This document shows, piece by piece, positions 23,491 through 33,564 of a DNA stretch of 64,000 nucleotides. This DNA comes from Alphaproteobacteria bacterium (GTDB lineage: Bacteria > Pseudomonadota > Alphaproteobacteria > MPNO01 > UBA830). The stretch spans positions 1,792,001-1,856,000 of the forward strand of contig OZ219790.1 in assembly GCA_964291215.2 (NCBI GenBank), written 5' to 3'. A program made the position numbers and the translations under genes. The notes under the pieces are model-generated. The model was given only the letters and a program-made list of their open reading frames with translations, searched no databases and had not been told where the DNA came from. Every line of letters begins with the position of its first letter. Positions within the stretch are counted from its first letter, which is position 1.

Positions 23491-25106
23491 AACGGCGCCG
23501 GAAGGCGGGGCGGGCGCATCTCGACTCCCGCATCCCTTCGGGGCACGATGGGCTGGAAGATCCGCAAATCCACAGCTTCGGAGGAACCGTCGTGGCAGGC
23601 AGCAACACAGGGCTTGGAGACTTCGTCCTCGCCGAAGCCACCTTCGCCGACATTCACGCGGCCTATGCCAGCGGCGCCTTGAGCGCGCGCAGGCTGGTCG
23701 AGGCCTACCTGGAACGAATCGAGGCCTACGACCGCAACGGCCCGAAGATCAATTCGCTTGTCTGCGTCAACCCGAAGGCGCTCGAGGAGGCCGACCGCCT
23801 GGACGCCGCGCTTGCTGCTTCGGGCCCCGTCGGCCCGCTTCACGGCATCCCGCTGGTGATGAAGGACCAAGGTGACGTCCTCGAAATGCCGACCACGATG
23901 GGCTCGGTGCTGTTCCGCGGCCACATGCCGGAGAGAGATTGCTTCATCGCTGCCAAGCTCCGGCGCGCCGGCGCCATCTTCATCGGCAAGGCAACGCTCG
24001 GTGAGATGGGCGCCGGCGACACGCACGGCTCGCTGTTCGGCTCGACGCGCAACGTCTACGACCTTGCGCGCACCGCCGGCGGCTCATCGGGCGGGTCAGG
24101 CGCCGCCGCTTCCGCCAACCTGACCGCGGCCGCCATCGGGCAGGAGGGCTTCGCCTCGATCAGGCGTCCCTCGACCTGGAACGGCGTCGCCGGCATGCGG
24201 CCGACCGCCGGCCTCGTCAGCCGCGGCGGCGTCTATGCCGGATGGCCATCGATCAACGGCTCTCTCGGCCCGATGACGCGCCGCGTGGCCGATCTCGCGC
24301 GCCTCCTCGACAGCATGGTTGGATTCGATCCCGACGACCCGTTGACAGGGCGCGGCGCCGGCCGGCTTCCGGCAAGCTGCCACGCGCTGCTGGAAGGCGA
24401 GGCTGCCCGGAACGCCCTCGATGGTGCCCGCATCGGCATCCTTCGCGAACCGATGGGCTATGCGAGCGAACCCGATTCCGACGATTTCGCAAAGGTCGAC
24501 GCCGTGTTCTGCCGGGCGGTCAGCGAGCTCGCCGATGCCGGAGCCGATCTCGTCGACCCGCTGGTCATCCCCGGCCTCAACGACCTCCTCGCCCAGCGCG
24601 CCGGCGATGTCGAGGCCGAGGACGAGGCGTTCCGAATCTACGCCACGGGAAGCGCCGGAAGCCCGTTCGCGTCCCGGCAGGAAGCGATGGCCTCGCCGCT
24701 CTATGCCGAGACCTTCCAGGGCGTCCGCCGCCGCTGGGAAGACCGGCCGTCCGCCGAAGCTCACGGCCGCTACCTGAAGGCGCGGGACAGCCTGATGACC
24801 ACGCTGCTGGCGAAGATGGCGGAGCACCGGCTCGACGCCGTCGTCCACAAGTCGGTCGAGCACCAGCCCACGCTCATCGAACACGGGGTCAATCCGCCGT
24901 GGGTCGACCAGAAGGGCGCACCGCACATCAACACCTTCCTCGTGTTCGTGCCCTCGATCGTGGTTCCGGCGGGTTTCACCGACGACGGGCTGCCGGCCGG
25001 CATCACCTTTCTCGGCCGGCCCTATTCGGATGCCGGCATGCTGTGCCTCGCTCACGCCTACGAACAGGCGACAGGGCACCGCAGGGCACCGCAATGCGCG
25101 CCATGA
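23487..25106 (+). CDS. Amidase signature family enzyme (true start possibly GTG at 23592)
   Basis: GPLHGIPLVMKD, GGSSGGS, SIRRP, GLPAGITF. Confidence 0.9.
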   Translation: MKRRRKAGRAHLDSRIPSGHDGLEDPQIHSFGGTVVAGSNTGLGDFVLAEATFADIHAAYASGALSARRLVEAYLERIEAYDRNGPKINSLVCVNPKALEEADRLDAALAASGPVGPLHGIPLVMKDQGDVLEMPTTMGSVLFRGHMPERDCFIAAKLRRAGAIFIGKATLGEMGAGDTHGSLFGSTRNVYDLARTAGGSSGGSGAAASANLTAAAIGQEGFASIRRPSTWNGVAGMRPTAGLVSRGGVYAGWPSINGSLGPMTRRVADLARLLDSMVGFDPDDPLTGRGAGRLPASCHALLEGEAARNALDGARIGILREPMGYASEPDSDDFAKVDAVFCRAVSELADAGADLVDPLVIPGLNDLLAQRAGDVEAEDEAFRIYATGSAGSPFASRQEAMASPLYAETFQGVRRRWEDRPSAEAHGRYLKARDSLMTTLLAKMAEHRLDAVVHKSVEHQPTLIEHGVNPPWVDQKGAPHINTFLVFVPSIVVPAGFTDDGLPAGITFLGRPYSDAGMLCLAHAYEQATGHRRAPQCAP

Positions 25107-25204
25107 CGGCGCGCCGGCCGCGATTCACGGCGCCCGGCGGTGCATCGCGGGGGATTTGCTGCTAGCCTCCGCCCGGGAACGGGCCGACAACGAGGGAGGA
25201 CCAG

Positions 25205-26512
25205 ATGCCACGGGATGCGACAGACAGCACGGTTTCCGGCGGGGCCATCGACGATCTCGATCCCTGCTACAGTTGGGACCGGGCGATTCCGGCTCCCGGC
25301 CACTCGGGGGTGGATTTCGAGCAGCGCGTGGATTTTGGCCGGCTGCACCGTTACCGACTGGCGCACGCGCACGAGGCGCTTCGCGATTCGCATCTCGGTT
25401 CGCTCCTCTGCTTCGACAACAACAACATCCGCTACCTGACCTCAACCGTCATCGGCGAATGGTCGCGCGACAAGATGTGCCGCTACGCGCTGCTCGCCGG
25501 CGACGACCAGCCGCATCTGTGGGACTTCGGATCGGCAGCGGCGCATCACCGCCTGCATGCGCCGTGGCTGCCGGTCGACCACTGCCACGCCGGCATGCTG
25601 GGGCTGCGGGGCACGGTACCGCCGGATGCCGGTCTGATGAAACGGGCGGCAGCGGAGATCGCCGCCATGCTGGCCGATGCCGGCGTCGCCGGCATGCCCG
25701 TGGGCGTCGATTTCTGCGAGCCGCCGATGATGCTTGCCCTTCAGGACGAGGGGCTGACGGTGGTCGACGGCCAGCAGGTCATGCTCGATGCGCGCGAGAT
25801 CAAGAACATCGACGAGATCACGCTTCTCAACCAGGCCGCCGCGATGGTCGACGCCGTCTACCAGATGATCGGCGAGGAGCTGAAACCCGGCGTCCGCGAG
25901 AACGACATCGTCGCCAGGGCCAACCAGATGCTCTACGAGATGGGATCGGATGATGTCGAGGCCATAAACGCGATCTCGGGCGAACGCTGCTGCCCGCATC
26001 CGCACAACTTCACCGACCGCCTCGTGCGTCCCGGCGACCAGGCGTTCTTCGACATTCTCCACTCCTACTCGGGCTACCGCACCTGCTACTACCGCACGTT
26101 CAATGTCGGCCGCGCCACGCCCGTGCAGGAGGATGCCTACAAGCAGTGTCGCGAATGGCTTGATGCTGCTATAGAGCTCGTGCGCCCCGGAGTCTCCACG
26201 GCAGAAATCGCGTCGGTCTGGCCGCGGGCCGAGGAGTTCGGCTTTGCCAACGAGATGGAAGCCTTCGCCCTCCAGTTCGGGCACGGCCTCGGCGTGGCGC
26301 TTCACGAACGCCCGATAATCTCCCGCCTGTGCTCGCTCGACGATCCAAAGGAGATCCGCGAAGGCATGGTCTTCGCCCTTGAGACCTACTGTCCGGCGAA
26401 GGACGGCTTCTCGGCGGCACGGATCGAGGAGGAGATGATCGTGACGCCCGACGGCGCCCGCGTCATCAGCCTCTATCCGGCCGAGGATCTGCCAATCTCC
26501 AACCGGTACTGA
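25205..26512 (+). CDS. M24 family (Xaa-Pro peptidase/creatinase-like) hydrolase
   Basis: NIRYLT, AREIK, GHGLG, GMVFALET, ARIEE. Confidence 0.85.
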   Translation: MPRDATDSTVSGGAIDDLDPCYSWDRAIPAPGHSGVDFEQRVDFGRLHRYRLAHAHEALRDSHLGSLLCFDNNNIRYLTSTVIGEWSRDKMCRYALLAGDDQPHLWDFGSAAAHHRLHAPWLPVDHCHAGMLGLRGTVPPDAGLMKRAAAEIAAMLADAGVAGMPVGVDFCEPPMMLALQDEGLTVVDGQQVMLDAREIKNIDEITLLNQAAAMVDAVYQMIGEELKPGVRENDIVARANQMLYEMGSDDVEAINAISGERCCPHPHNFTDRLVRPGDQAFFDILHSYSGYRTCYYRTFNVGRATPVQEDAYKQCREWLDAAIELVRPGVSTAEIASVWPRAEEFGFANEMEAFALQFGHGLGVALHERPIISRLCSLDDPKEIREGMVFALETYCPAKDGFSAARIEEEMIVTPDGARVISLYPAEDLPISNRY

Positions 26513-26539
26513 CGGGCTGCGGCACCGGGAGCCCGGCTC

Positions 26540-27625
26540 ATGGCAGGACGTTCCGGCACGCATGGCGGCGGCGCGGATGTGGAACGCGCCGGTTCAGCAA
26601 ACCCGGCGACCACCGCCGCGCCCGGGCAAGACGCCGCCAACGACGACATCGGCGAAGCGGTGCGCCTCGCCCTGTGGCGCTCGCAGCTCGAGATACGTCA
26701 CCTTGAGCAGCGCGCCCACGACCTCTACCTGCGCAACCTGATAAGCGGCACCAGCCACCTCGCGCTCGGGCACGAAGCCGTCGCCGCGGGCTTCGCGACC
26801 GCGATGCGGCCAGATGACTGGACCTTCTGCACCTACCGCGGCCATCACCATACGCTTGCGCGTGGGGCTGCGATGGAGGGCATCCTCGGCGAGCTCATGG
26901 GCCGCGAATGCGGGCTCCTCCAGGGCAAGGGCGGCTCGATGCATCTCACCTCGGTCGAGCACGGCGCCATGGGCTCCTACGCAATCATCGGCGCCCACCT
27001 CCCGATCGCGGTGGGTGCCGCGTGGACGGCCCAATACAGGAACACCGGCCAGGCCGCCGTCTGCTTCTTCGGCGACGGGACCACCAATATCGGCGCCTTC
27101 CACGAGGCTCTCAATCTGGCGGCGGTCTGGAAGCTGCCAGCGGTCTTCGTGTGCGAGAACAATCTCTACATGGAATATACGCCAATCGCCGACGTGACCG
27201 CTGTCGAGCACCCGGCGGCCGGCCGCGCCGCCGCCTACGGCCTGGAGAGAATCGTCATCGACGGCAACGACGCCGACATCGTCTACCGCGAGGCCGGCCG
27301 CGCGCTCGACCTGGCGCGCAACGGTGGCGGCCCGTCCCTGATCGAGTGCATGACCTACCGCCACGCCGGCCACAGCCGCAGCGACCCGGCGAAGTACCGG
27401 CCGCCCGGAGAACTCGAGAAATGGCTCAAGCGCGATCCGCTGAAGCGCTACCGGATCCGGCTCACCGAGTTCGGAATCGGCGATCAGGTGATCGACACCG
27501 TCGAGCGCGAAGTGGCGGCCGCGGTCGAGGAGGCCACCCGGACCGCAGAGGCCTCGCCACCGCCGGCCGAGGGGCTGATCGTGACGGACGTCTGGGCCGA
27601 CGGGAGCTCGGCATGGCGAAACTGA
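26540..27625 (+). CDS. TPP-dependent dehydrogenase E1 alpha subunit (AcoA/PdhA-like)
   Basis: YRGHHH, GKGGSMH, GDG..N TPP motif, CENNLY, TYRHAGHS. Confidence 0.92.
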   Translation: MAGRSGTHGGGADVERAGSANPATTAAPGQDAANDDIGEAVRLALWRSQLEIRHLEQRAHDLYLRNLISGTSHLALGHEAVAAGFATAMRPDDWTFCTYRGHHHTLARGAAMEGILGELMGRECGLLQGKGGSMHLTSVEHGAMGSYAIIGAHLPIAVGAAWTAQYRNTGQAAVCFFGDGTTNIGAFHEALNLAAVWKLPAVFVCENNLYMEYTPIADVTAVEHPAAGRAAAYGLERIVIDGNDADIVYREAGRALDLARNGGGPSLIECMTYRHAGHSRSDPAKYRPPGELEKWLKRDPLKRYRIRLTEFGIGDQVIDTVEREVAAAVEEATRTAEASPPPAEGLIVTDVWADGSSAWRN

Positions 27626-28590
27626 CCTATCGCAGCGCGGTCGCCGCCGCCATCGCGCAGGAGATGCGCCGCGACGATAGCGTCGTCTTCCTCGGCGAGG
27701 ACATCGGAGCCGCCGGCGGCGTGTTCAAGGCGACCGAGGGGCTGTTCGCGGAGTTCGGACCGTTGCGGGTGCGCGACACGCCGATTTCCGAGCAGGCGAT
27801 TCTCGGCGCCGCAATGGGCGCGGCAATGACCGGCCTGCGGCCGATCGCCGAGATCATGTTCTCCGACTTCCTCGCCGTGTGCTGGGACATCGTCGCCAAC
27901 GAGATAGCCAAGACCCGCTACATGACCGGTGGCCAGATCTCGATGCCGCTTGTCGTTCGCACCGCCAACGGCGGCGGCGGCCGCTTCGGCGCGCAGCATT
28001 CGCAGTCGGTGGAGAACTGGGCGATGATGGTTCCGGGCCTGAAGGTGGTCGCCCCGTCTTCGCCCGCGGACGTCAAGGGGCTGCTGGCCGCGGCCATCCG
28101 CGACCCCGACCCGGTGATCTTCTTCGAGCAGAAGTCGCTCTACGGCGCCACCGGGGAGGTCCCGGACGGCGAGCACGTGGATGCGCTGGGCACCGCGAGG
28201 GTCCTGCGCCAGGGCGGCGACGTCACGGTCTGCGCATTGGCCGCCATGGTGCCGCGTGCGCTCGACGCGGCCGAGGAGCTGGCCGCGGTCCACGGCATCG
28301 AGGCCACGGTCATCGACCTGCGCTCGCTGGTGCCGCTCGACACAAGAACGGTCCTTTCCGAGGTCGCGAAGACCGGGCGTCTGGTCACGGTCGAGGAAAA
28401 CCCCCGGCTCTGTGGCTGGGGCGCGGAAGTCGCGGCGATCGTGTTCGAGGAAGCTTTCTGGGATCTCGACGCGGCGGCGGTGCGCATCACGACGCCGCAC
28501 GTGCCGTTGCCGTCGGCGCCCGCACTGGAAGACGCGGCAATGCCGTCGGTCGGGCGTATCGCGAAAGAGATCGCCGAGAGCTTCGCCTGA
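27613..28590 (+). CDS. TPP-dependent dehydrogenase E1 beta subunit
   Basis: GEDIG, DTPISEQ, EIMFSDF, GAQHSQ, DLRSLVPLD. Confidence 0.92.
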   Translation: MAKLTYRSAVAAAIAQEMRRDDSVVFLGEDIGAAGGVFKATEGLFAEFGPLRVRDTPISEQAILGAAMGAAMTGLRPIAEIMFSDFLAVCWDIVANEIAKTRYMTGGQISMPLVVRTANGGGGRFGAQHSQSVENWAMMVPGLKVVAPSSPADVKGLLAAAIRDPDPVIFFEQKSLYGATGEVPDGEHVDALGTARVLRQGGDVTVCALAAMVPRALDAAEELAAVHGIEATVIDLRSLVPLDTRTVLSEVAKTGRLVTVEENPRLCGWGAEVAAIVFEEAFWDLDAAAVRITTPHVPLPSAPALEDAAMPSVGRIAKEIAESFA

Positions 28591-28606
28591 CGCTGCTTCC
28601 GCGCGG

Positions 28607-30016
28607 TCAGTTCAACCCGTCGACATAGTCCTCGAGGCGAATGCGCTCCCAGGCGTCACGAGGCGGACGGATGCGTTCCGCGAAGGGCAGGGTCACCGGC
28701 CGGGTCGCGTCGATGATCAGCTTGGTCTGCATCGGCCCCTTCTCGGTGCGCACCTCGCCGTACGCCGACGGATCAAGATGCGCGCCCATGGCATAAGGAA
28801 TGGTCGTCACTCCCCTGTCCGCCTGCAGATGGGTCGAAATCGCCCACCACATCTCCTGTTCGTTGTAGATGTCGATATCCTCGTCGACGACGACCGCGAT
28901 CTTGAGATTGGGCTCGGCGGCGACCGCCGCTATGCCGGCCGACTTGCCCTCGCCCTGGACGCGCTTCCGGATCGAGATGAACGCCGTGAAGATGCAGGTG
29001 CCGCAGGCCGGCATGTGCACCGCGGTCACCGAGGGCACCAGCTTGGCGACCGAGTTGTATACCGTGCTCTCGTGGCTGAGCACGCCCGCCAGGTTGTGCT
29101 CCCGGTGCGACGGGTCGAGATCGTGATAGATCGCGTCCTTGCGCATGGTGAGCGCGCGCACCTGCATCAGCCCGACCGGATCCTTCCGGGGTCCGTAGAA
29201 GCCGGTATATTCCGAGAACGGCCCGTCGCTGGTCTCGCAGGCCGGGTCGAGCACGCCCTCGATGGCGATCTCGGCCCATGCCGGCACCGGGATATCAACC
29301 GTTTCGGCAGCGACGACCTCGAGCGCCTCGCCCATCAGCGCACCCATGGCGCGGTACTCGTCGCTGTCCATCGACTGTTTCGACAGCGAGCCGAGGATCG
29401 CGGCCGGATGGTGCCCGATGAACAGCACCGCTTCCATGGGCCGCTTGAGTTCGCGGTATTTCCTGTAGATGTAGCCGGCGTGATGGGCGGGGTTGAACAT
29501 GCAGGCGATCTCCTGCGGCCCCTTGATCTCGTGTCGGTAGACGCCGGCGTTGAGGACGCCGGTTTCAGGATCGCGGACCACGAGAACACCGATCGAGATG
29601 TACTTGCCGGAGTTCTTCTCGGCGTGCCTGATCACCGGAATCCGGGAGAGATCAATGTCGCCGCCCTCGATCACCACCTGCTTGACCGGAGCGTCCCCGC
29701 GGCCGACCGTCACGGTATCGATCGGATTGGCGATGCGCTCGCGGAACGTCGACAGGATCGCGCTCTTGGGCTCGTCCGGCTCGACGCCGAGTGCGAGGCC
29801 GAGAAGCTCGTACTTTCCGAACATGTTGGTTACCAGCGGGATGTCGCTGCCGTTGACGTTCTCGAACCTGATGACCGGATACCGGTCGCGCGCAGCGAGC
29901 TTCTGCTGGATGACGCAGGGTTCGTAGACCGGATCCACGGGCCGCGACACCGACGCGAAATAGTCCGGCCCCCTCTGCCGGATCTCCGCAAGAAACTGGT
30001 GAAGGTCCTTATTCAT
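28607..30016 (-). CDS. UbiD family (prFMN) decarboxylase
   Basis: NAGVYR, VPAWAEIAIEG, DGPFSEYTG, VVVDEDID, LDPS, KLIIDAT. Confidence 0.92.
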   Translation of the reverse strand: MNKDLHQFLAEIRQRGPDYFASVSRPVDPVYEPCVIQQKLAARDRYPVIRFENVNGSDIPLVTNMFGKYELLGLALGVEPDEPKSAILSTFRERIANPIDTVTVGRGDAPVKQVVIEGGDIDLSRIPVIRHAEKNSGKYISIGVLVVRDPETGVLNAGVYRHEIKGPQEIACMFNPAHHAGYIYRKYRELKRPMEAVLFIGHHPAAILGSLSKQSMDSDEYRAMGALMGEALEVVAAETVDIPVPAWAEIAIEGVLDPACETSDGPFSEYTGFYGPRKDPVGLMQVRALTMRKDAIYHDLDPSHREHNLAGVLSHESTVYNSVAKLVPSVTAVHMPACGTCIFTAFISIRKRVQGEGKSAGIAAVAAEPNLKIAVVVDEDIDIYNEQEMWWAISTHLQADRGVTTIPYAMGAHLDPSAYGEVRTEKGPMQTKLIIDATRPVTLPFAERIRPPRDAWERIRLEDYVDGLN

Positions 30017-30189
30017 GCTCGCTGGCCCCCGCGCCTGGCTCTGTTTCGACGCCGCATTGTCATGGCCCGGTCGCTGTCAAGTCAAGCGCACGGCATCCGT
30101 CCGGGCTGCCGGGACGGGCTTGCCGGCGCACCCGGGATGACGCTATATGCCCTTCGGAGATCTCCGGCTCCCGCATCGGGACATCGCCA

Positions 30190-31263
30190 GTGAACGACAT
30201 CCAACCGCCATCGCAAGTGCCGTCCGCGCCAAGCTGCGGCAGGGTGCCGCGCCCCGTTGAATTCACCGGATTGGCCCGCGAGTATTTCGGTATCTGGATT
30301 GTCAACCTAGCGCTCGGCATCGCCACCGTCGGGGTCTATTCGGCCTGGGCGAAGGTACGGTCCCGGCAGTACTTTCTTGGCCACACCCTCATCCTTGGCG
30401 ACCGCATGGAATATCATGCGAACGGCATCATGATCCTCAAGGGCCGCCTGATCGCCGTGGCGGCGATCGCGGCCTATGCCGGGCTGGGTTTCGTCGAACC
30501 TTGGGCACAACCCGTCGTCCTCGCCGCCCTCGTCCCTCTCTACCCGGTAATCATCAATCACGCCTTGCGGTTCAATGCCCGCATGACGTCCTGGAGAAAC
30601 GTACGCTTCGCCTGGGATGGCAGGTACTGGGGCGTGCTCAAAATCGCCGTTTTCTGGCCCCTTGCCGCCATCCTCACGCTGGGGCTGCTGGTGCCTCGGG
30701 CGGCGCGGGCAAGCCGCGAATATGTCGCTTGCCACCATGCCCTCGGCCAGACCCGATTCGCCGCGGCCACGCGCACCAGGCGCTATTGGGGCGCCTATCT
30801 GCGCGCCATCATGCTCGGAGCCCTGATGAGCATGGTCGGGAGCGTGGTCGCATTTCTGGTCATCTTGGTCCTGCGATCTGCATCTTCGGGCTCCAACATG
30901 GCGGTACCCGCGGTCCAGCTGGTGACCGGGCTGGCCGTCTGGTCCCTTCCGTTCATCTATTTCCGGATCGCCGTGCGCAACATCGCCATCGACGCGCTGA
31001 AACTCGGCGACGCGGCCACCTTTCGCTCGTCGCTCAGCCCGCTCCGCTACACCTGGATCGTCGCCACCAACTTCATCGTCTCGATACTCTCGGCGCTGAT
31101 GATGGTGCCGTGGGCCGCCATCCGCCGCTACCGCTACCAGGCCGGGTGCATCACGGTCACGCCCATGGCGGCCGACGCGACGTTTTCCGACAGCCTCGCC
31201 GGACCGACAGGCGCTGTCGGCGAAGAATACGGCGAGTTCGCCGGCATCGAGATCGGATTGTGA
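30190..31263 (+). CDS. YjgN/DUF898 family membrane protein
   Basis: FTG...EYFGIWIVNL, YSAWAKVR, TSWRNVRF. Confidence 0.9.
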   Translation: MNDIQPPSQVPSAPSCGRVPRPVEFTGLAREYFGIWIVNLALGIATVGVYSAWAKVRSRQYFLGHTLILGDRMEYHANGIMILKGRLIAVAAIAAYAGLGFVEPWAQPVVLAALVPLYPVIINHALRFNARMTSWRNVRFAWDGRYWGVLKIAVFWPLAAILTLGLLVPRAARASREYVACHHALGQTRFAAATRTRRYWGAYLRAIMLGALMSMVGSVVAFLVILVLRSASSGSNMAVPAVQLVTGLAVWSLPFIYFRIAVRNIAIDALKLGDAATFRSSLSPLRYTWIVATNFIVSILSALMMVPWAAIRRYRYQAGCITVTPMAADATFSDSLAGPTGAVGEEYGEFAGIEIGL

Positions 31264-32273
31264 TCGTCGCCGGCCATCTCCATGAACCGGAATCATCGGC
31301 TCGCGTCGCCGCGTCGCTAGCGCGCACCGATTCGGGTTTCTTGCTGACCGGCATCGAGGGCAGACCCGAATCCCCGGTGACGATCCGCCGAACAGGCTGG
31401 CGGCTGGCCGGCGTTCCGCAGTCGGTCACCTTCGAGGACGGCAGGCGCTTCCTGCCGTCGCACGAGGTGCCGCCGGGCTTCTTCAGCGGCGAGGAGAGCG
31501 GGCGATGGCTATGGATCGACAGGCTGGAACGCCTTCGCTGGGCCGGATTGATTATCGTGCTAGCCGGTCTCGTCATCGGTGCCGCCGGCGTCAGGGCCGC
31601 GATGCCGGTCGTTGCCGACTTCGCCGTCGGTCTGGTTCCCGCAAGTCTGGAGGCCGAGATCGGCAGGCGAGCATTCAGAAGCCTGGACGGCCTGCTGCTC
31701 TCCGGGAGCCGACTCCGCCCCGACCGGAAATCGCGGATCAGGTCCGCGGCGCGCGCCCTCGCGGCACGGGGCGGTCTGGAGAGGGTTCCGGAAATCGTCT
31801 TTCGCGAAACCCCGATCCTCGGCGCCAACGCCTTCGCCCTGCCCGGCGGGCCCGTGCTGGTTACCGACGGGCTGGTCAAGCTCCTCGACGACAACATGAC
31901 AGTTGCCGTCCTCGCCCACGAGTTCGGACATATCGAGAAGCGGCACGGCCTGCGGCGGATTGTGCGCGCGGGCGGGCTGGTTCTCGTGGCATCCATGGTT
32001 TTCGGCAGCGACGGCTCGCTGGTTGAGGAGATCGTGGCGCTTGCGTCCTCGCTGTCAACGCTCGGCTATTCCCGCGATTTCGAGCGTGAGGCCGACATGT
32101 TTGCGGCCGATCTTCTCACTGCCGGCGGCCGGTCAGCCGGGGATCTCGCCGACGCTCTGGAGAAGCTTGGCGCGGCGTGTGGACCGGCGTGCGACAAGTC
32201 CGGTTGGTTCTCGACCCATCCGGCAACCGGAGGCCGCGTCGAGGCCCTGAGGGCCTACGGCCGCGACCGATAG
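31260..32273 (+). CDS. M48 family metallopeptidase
   Basis: NAFALPGG, HEFGH, YSRDFEREAD, STHP; usual partner of YjgN. Confidence 0.9.
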   Translation: MIVAGHLHEPESSARVAASLARTDSGFLLTGIEGRPESPVTIRRTGWRLAGVPQSVTFEDGRRFLPSHEVPPGFFSGEESGRWLWIDRLERLRWAGLIIVLAGLVIGAAGVRAAMPVVADFAVGLVPASLEAEIGRRAFRSLDGLLLSGSRLRPDRKSRIRSAARALAARGGLERVPEIVFRETPILGANAFALPGGPVLVTDGLVKLLDDNMTVAVLAHEFGHIEKRHGLRRIVRAGGLVLVASMVFGSDGSLVEEIVALASSLSTLGYSRDFEREADMFAADLLTAGGRSAGDLADALEKLGAACGPACDKSGWFSTHPATGGRVEALRAYGRDR

Positions 32274-32493
32274 AACTCGTCACCTCGTCCCGGGCAGTTC
32301 TTTTTTCGGTCCGCGGTTGCCAGCCGCGCCGGTCGAAATCTCCCGCACAGAAGTCTGCACGGTCGGAAATCTCCATGATTCCGGCCAGCGCCGGGCGGAG
32401 ATACTGCTCGATACTATCGAAACGCGTAGCGTCAGGCCGATCCTGTTGGCAGAATTGTCGATTCCATCATCCTGCTGCTCTCCCGGGCATCTT

Positions 32494-33564
32494 TAAGGTC
32501 CGTAACGAAATAATCGCGTCTGTATTGGGTGTTGGCAAGAGTCCCCCGTTCCGCTCGCTCTGGAATTTTTCGCGCCTGATGTCGAGGGCCTTTATCTCGG
32601 CATCCTTGATGCCCTTCGGACAGGTGTTTTCGTCGACATCGCAATAGACCTTGAGGCCGGCTTCGGTGGTGGTTGCTCTGATCAGGCTGGCGATGGCGGC
32701 GAGGCTGCGCAGCGGCTTGCCGCGCCAGTTCTGGCTGATGAACGAGAACAGGCGATGTTCGATTCCATTTGCTGGTGCCGGGCGGCAGGTGGCAGATCAT
32801 GATCTCGAGCTCCCTGGCGAGCTTCTGCAGTTCGACCTTCCACAGCCGGGCCCCGTTCAACCCGCCGCAGTCGGCGGTGATCAGCAGCCGCCCCGGGGCA
32901 GCGCTCGCGCCCGAGGCGCCGCCACCGGGTGCTTTCCACCGCAAACGCCGCGGTGTCATGGCTGATGCCGACCCGGCCGATGTTGTGGGCCATGTCCCCG
33001 TAGGGGGCCGCCTTGCCGAACTCCTTGTCCGCGAAGTCATGTACCTTCACCTCCTTGGGCCGGCCCTTCGGCCGCCACTCGCGGCCGGCGTTCTTGAAAT
33101 CGCCGATCAGCTCCTTCTTCCTGGTGTCGATGACCGGCTCTCCGGCCGCAAGAAACTCCGCAACCTGCCCGTTTATGTGGCCGAACTGCCCGTCCCGGGT
33201 GCACGCCGCCTTCGCGGGTCTTCGCGTTGGCGTATAGCCAAGCTCGCCCAGAAGCCGCCCGACAAGCGACGCCGAACAACCCTGCTCCTCAAGACACTTC
33301 GCAAGATGCCGGGTGCTCTTCGAAACCCACAGCAGAGACCGTTCCGGGTCGCCCCGCATTGCCGGTGCAACCAGCGCCTCAAGCAAACCCGGCTGACGCT
33401 CCGTCGCCGGCTTGCGCCCGCCGCCCGCGCGGCCGGACCCGGTCCGGCGCCGGCGATGTTGCTTCGTCAATCTCCTTCAGACCCCGTCCAATCGTCGACC
33501 GCGCAACAGTGATTGAGTTAGTCACTATCAGCGTCGTATCTGTCAGACCGACGCGGACCTCTTA
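32494..33564 (-). mobile_element. Degenerate ISAzo13-family element
   Basis: Frameshifted motifs GGGRK, RGDPE..LLWVSKS, DTRKKELIGDFKNAG, VHDF, HDTAAFAV, LLITADCGG, HLPPGTSKWN; ends TAAGGTCCG / TAAGAGGTCCG. Confidence 0.85.
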
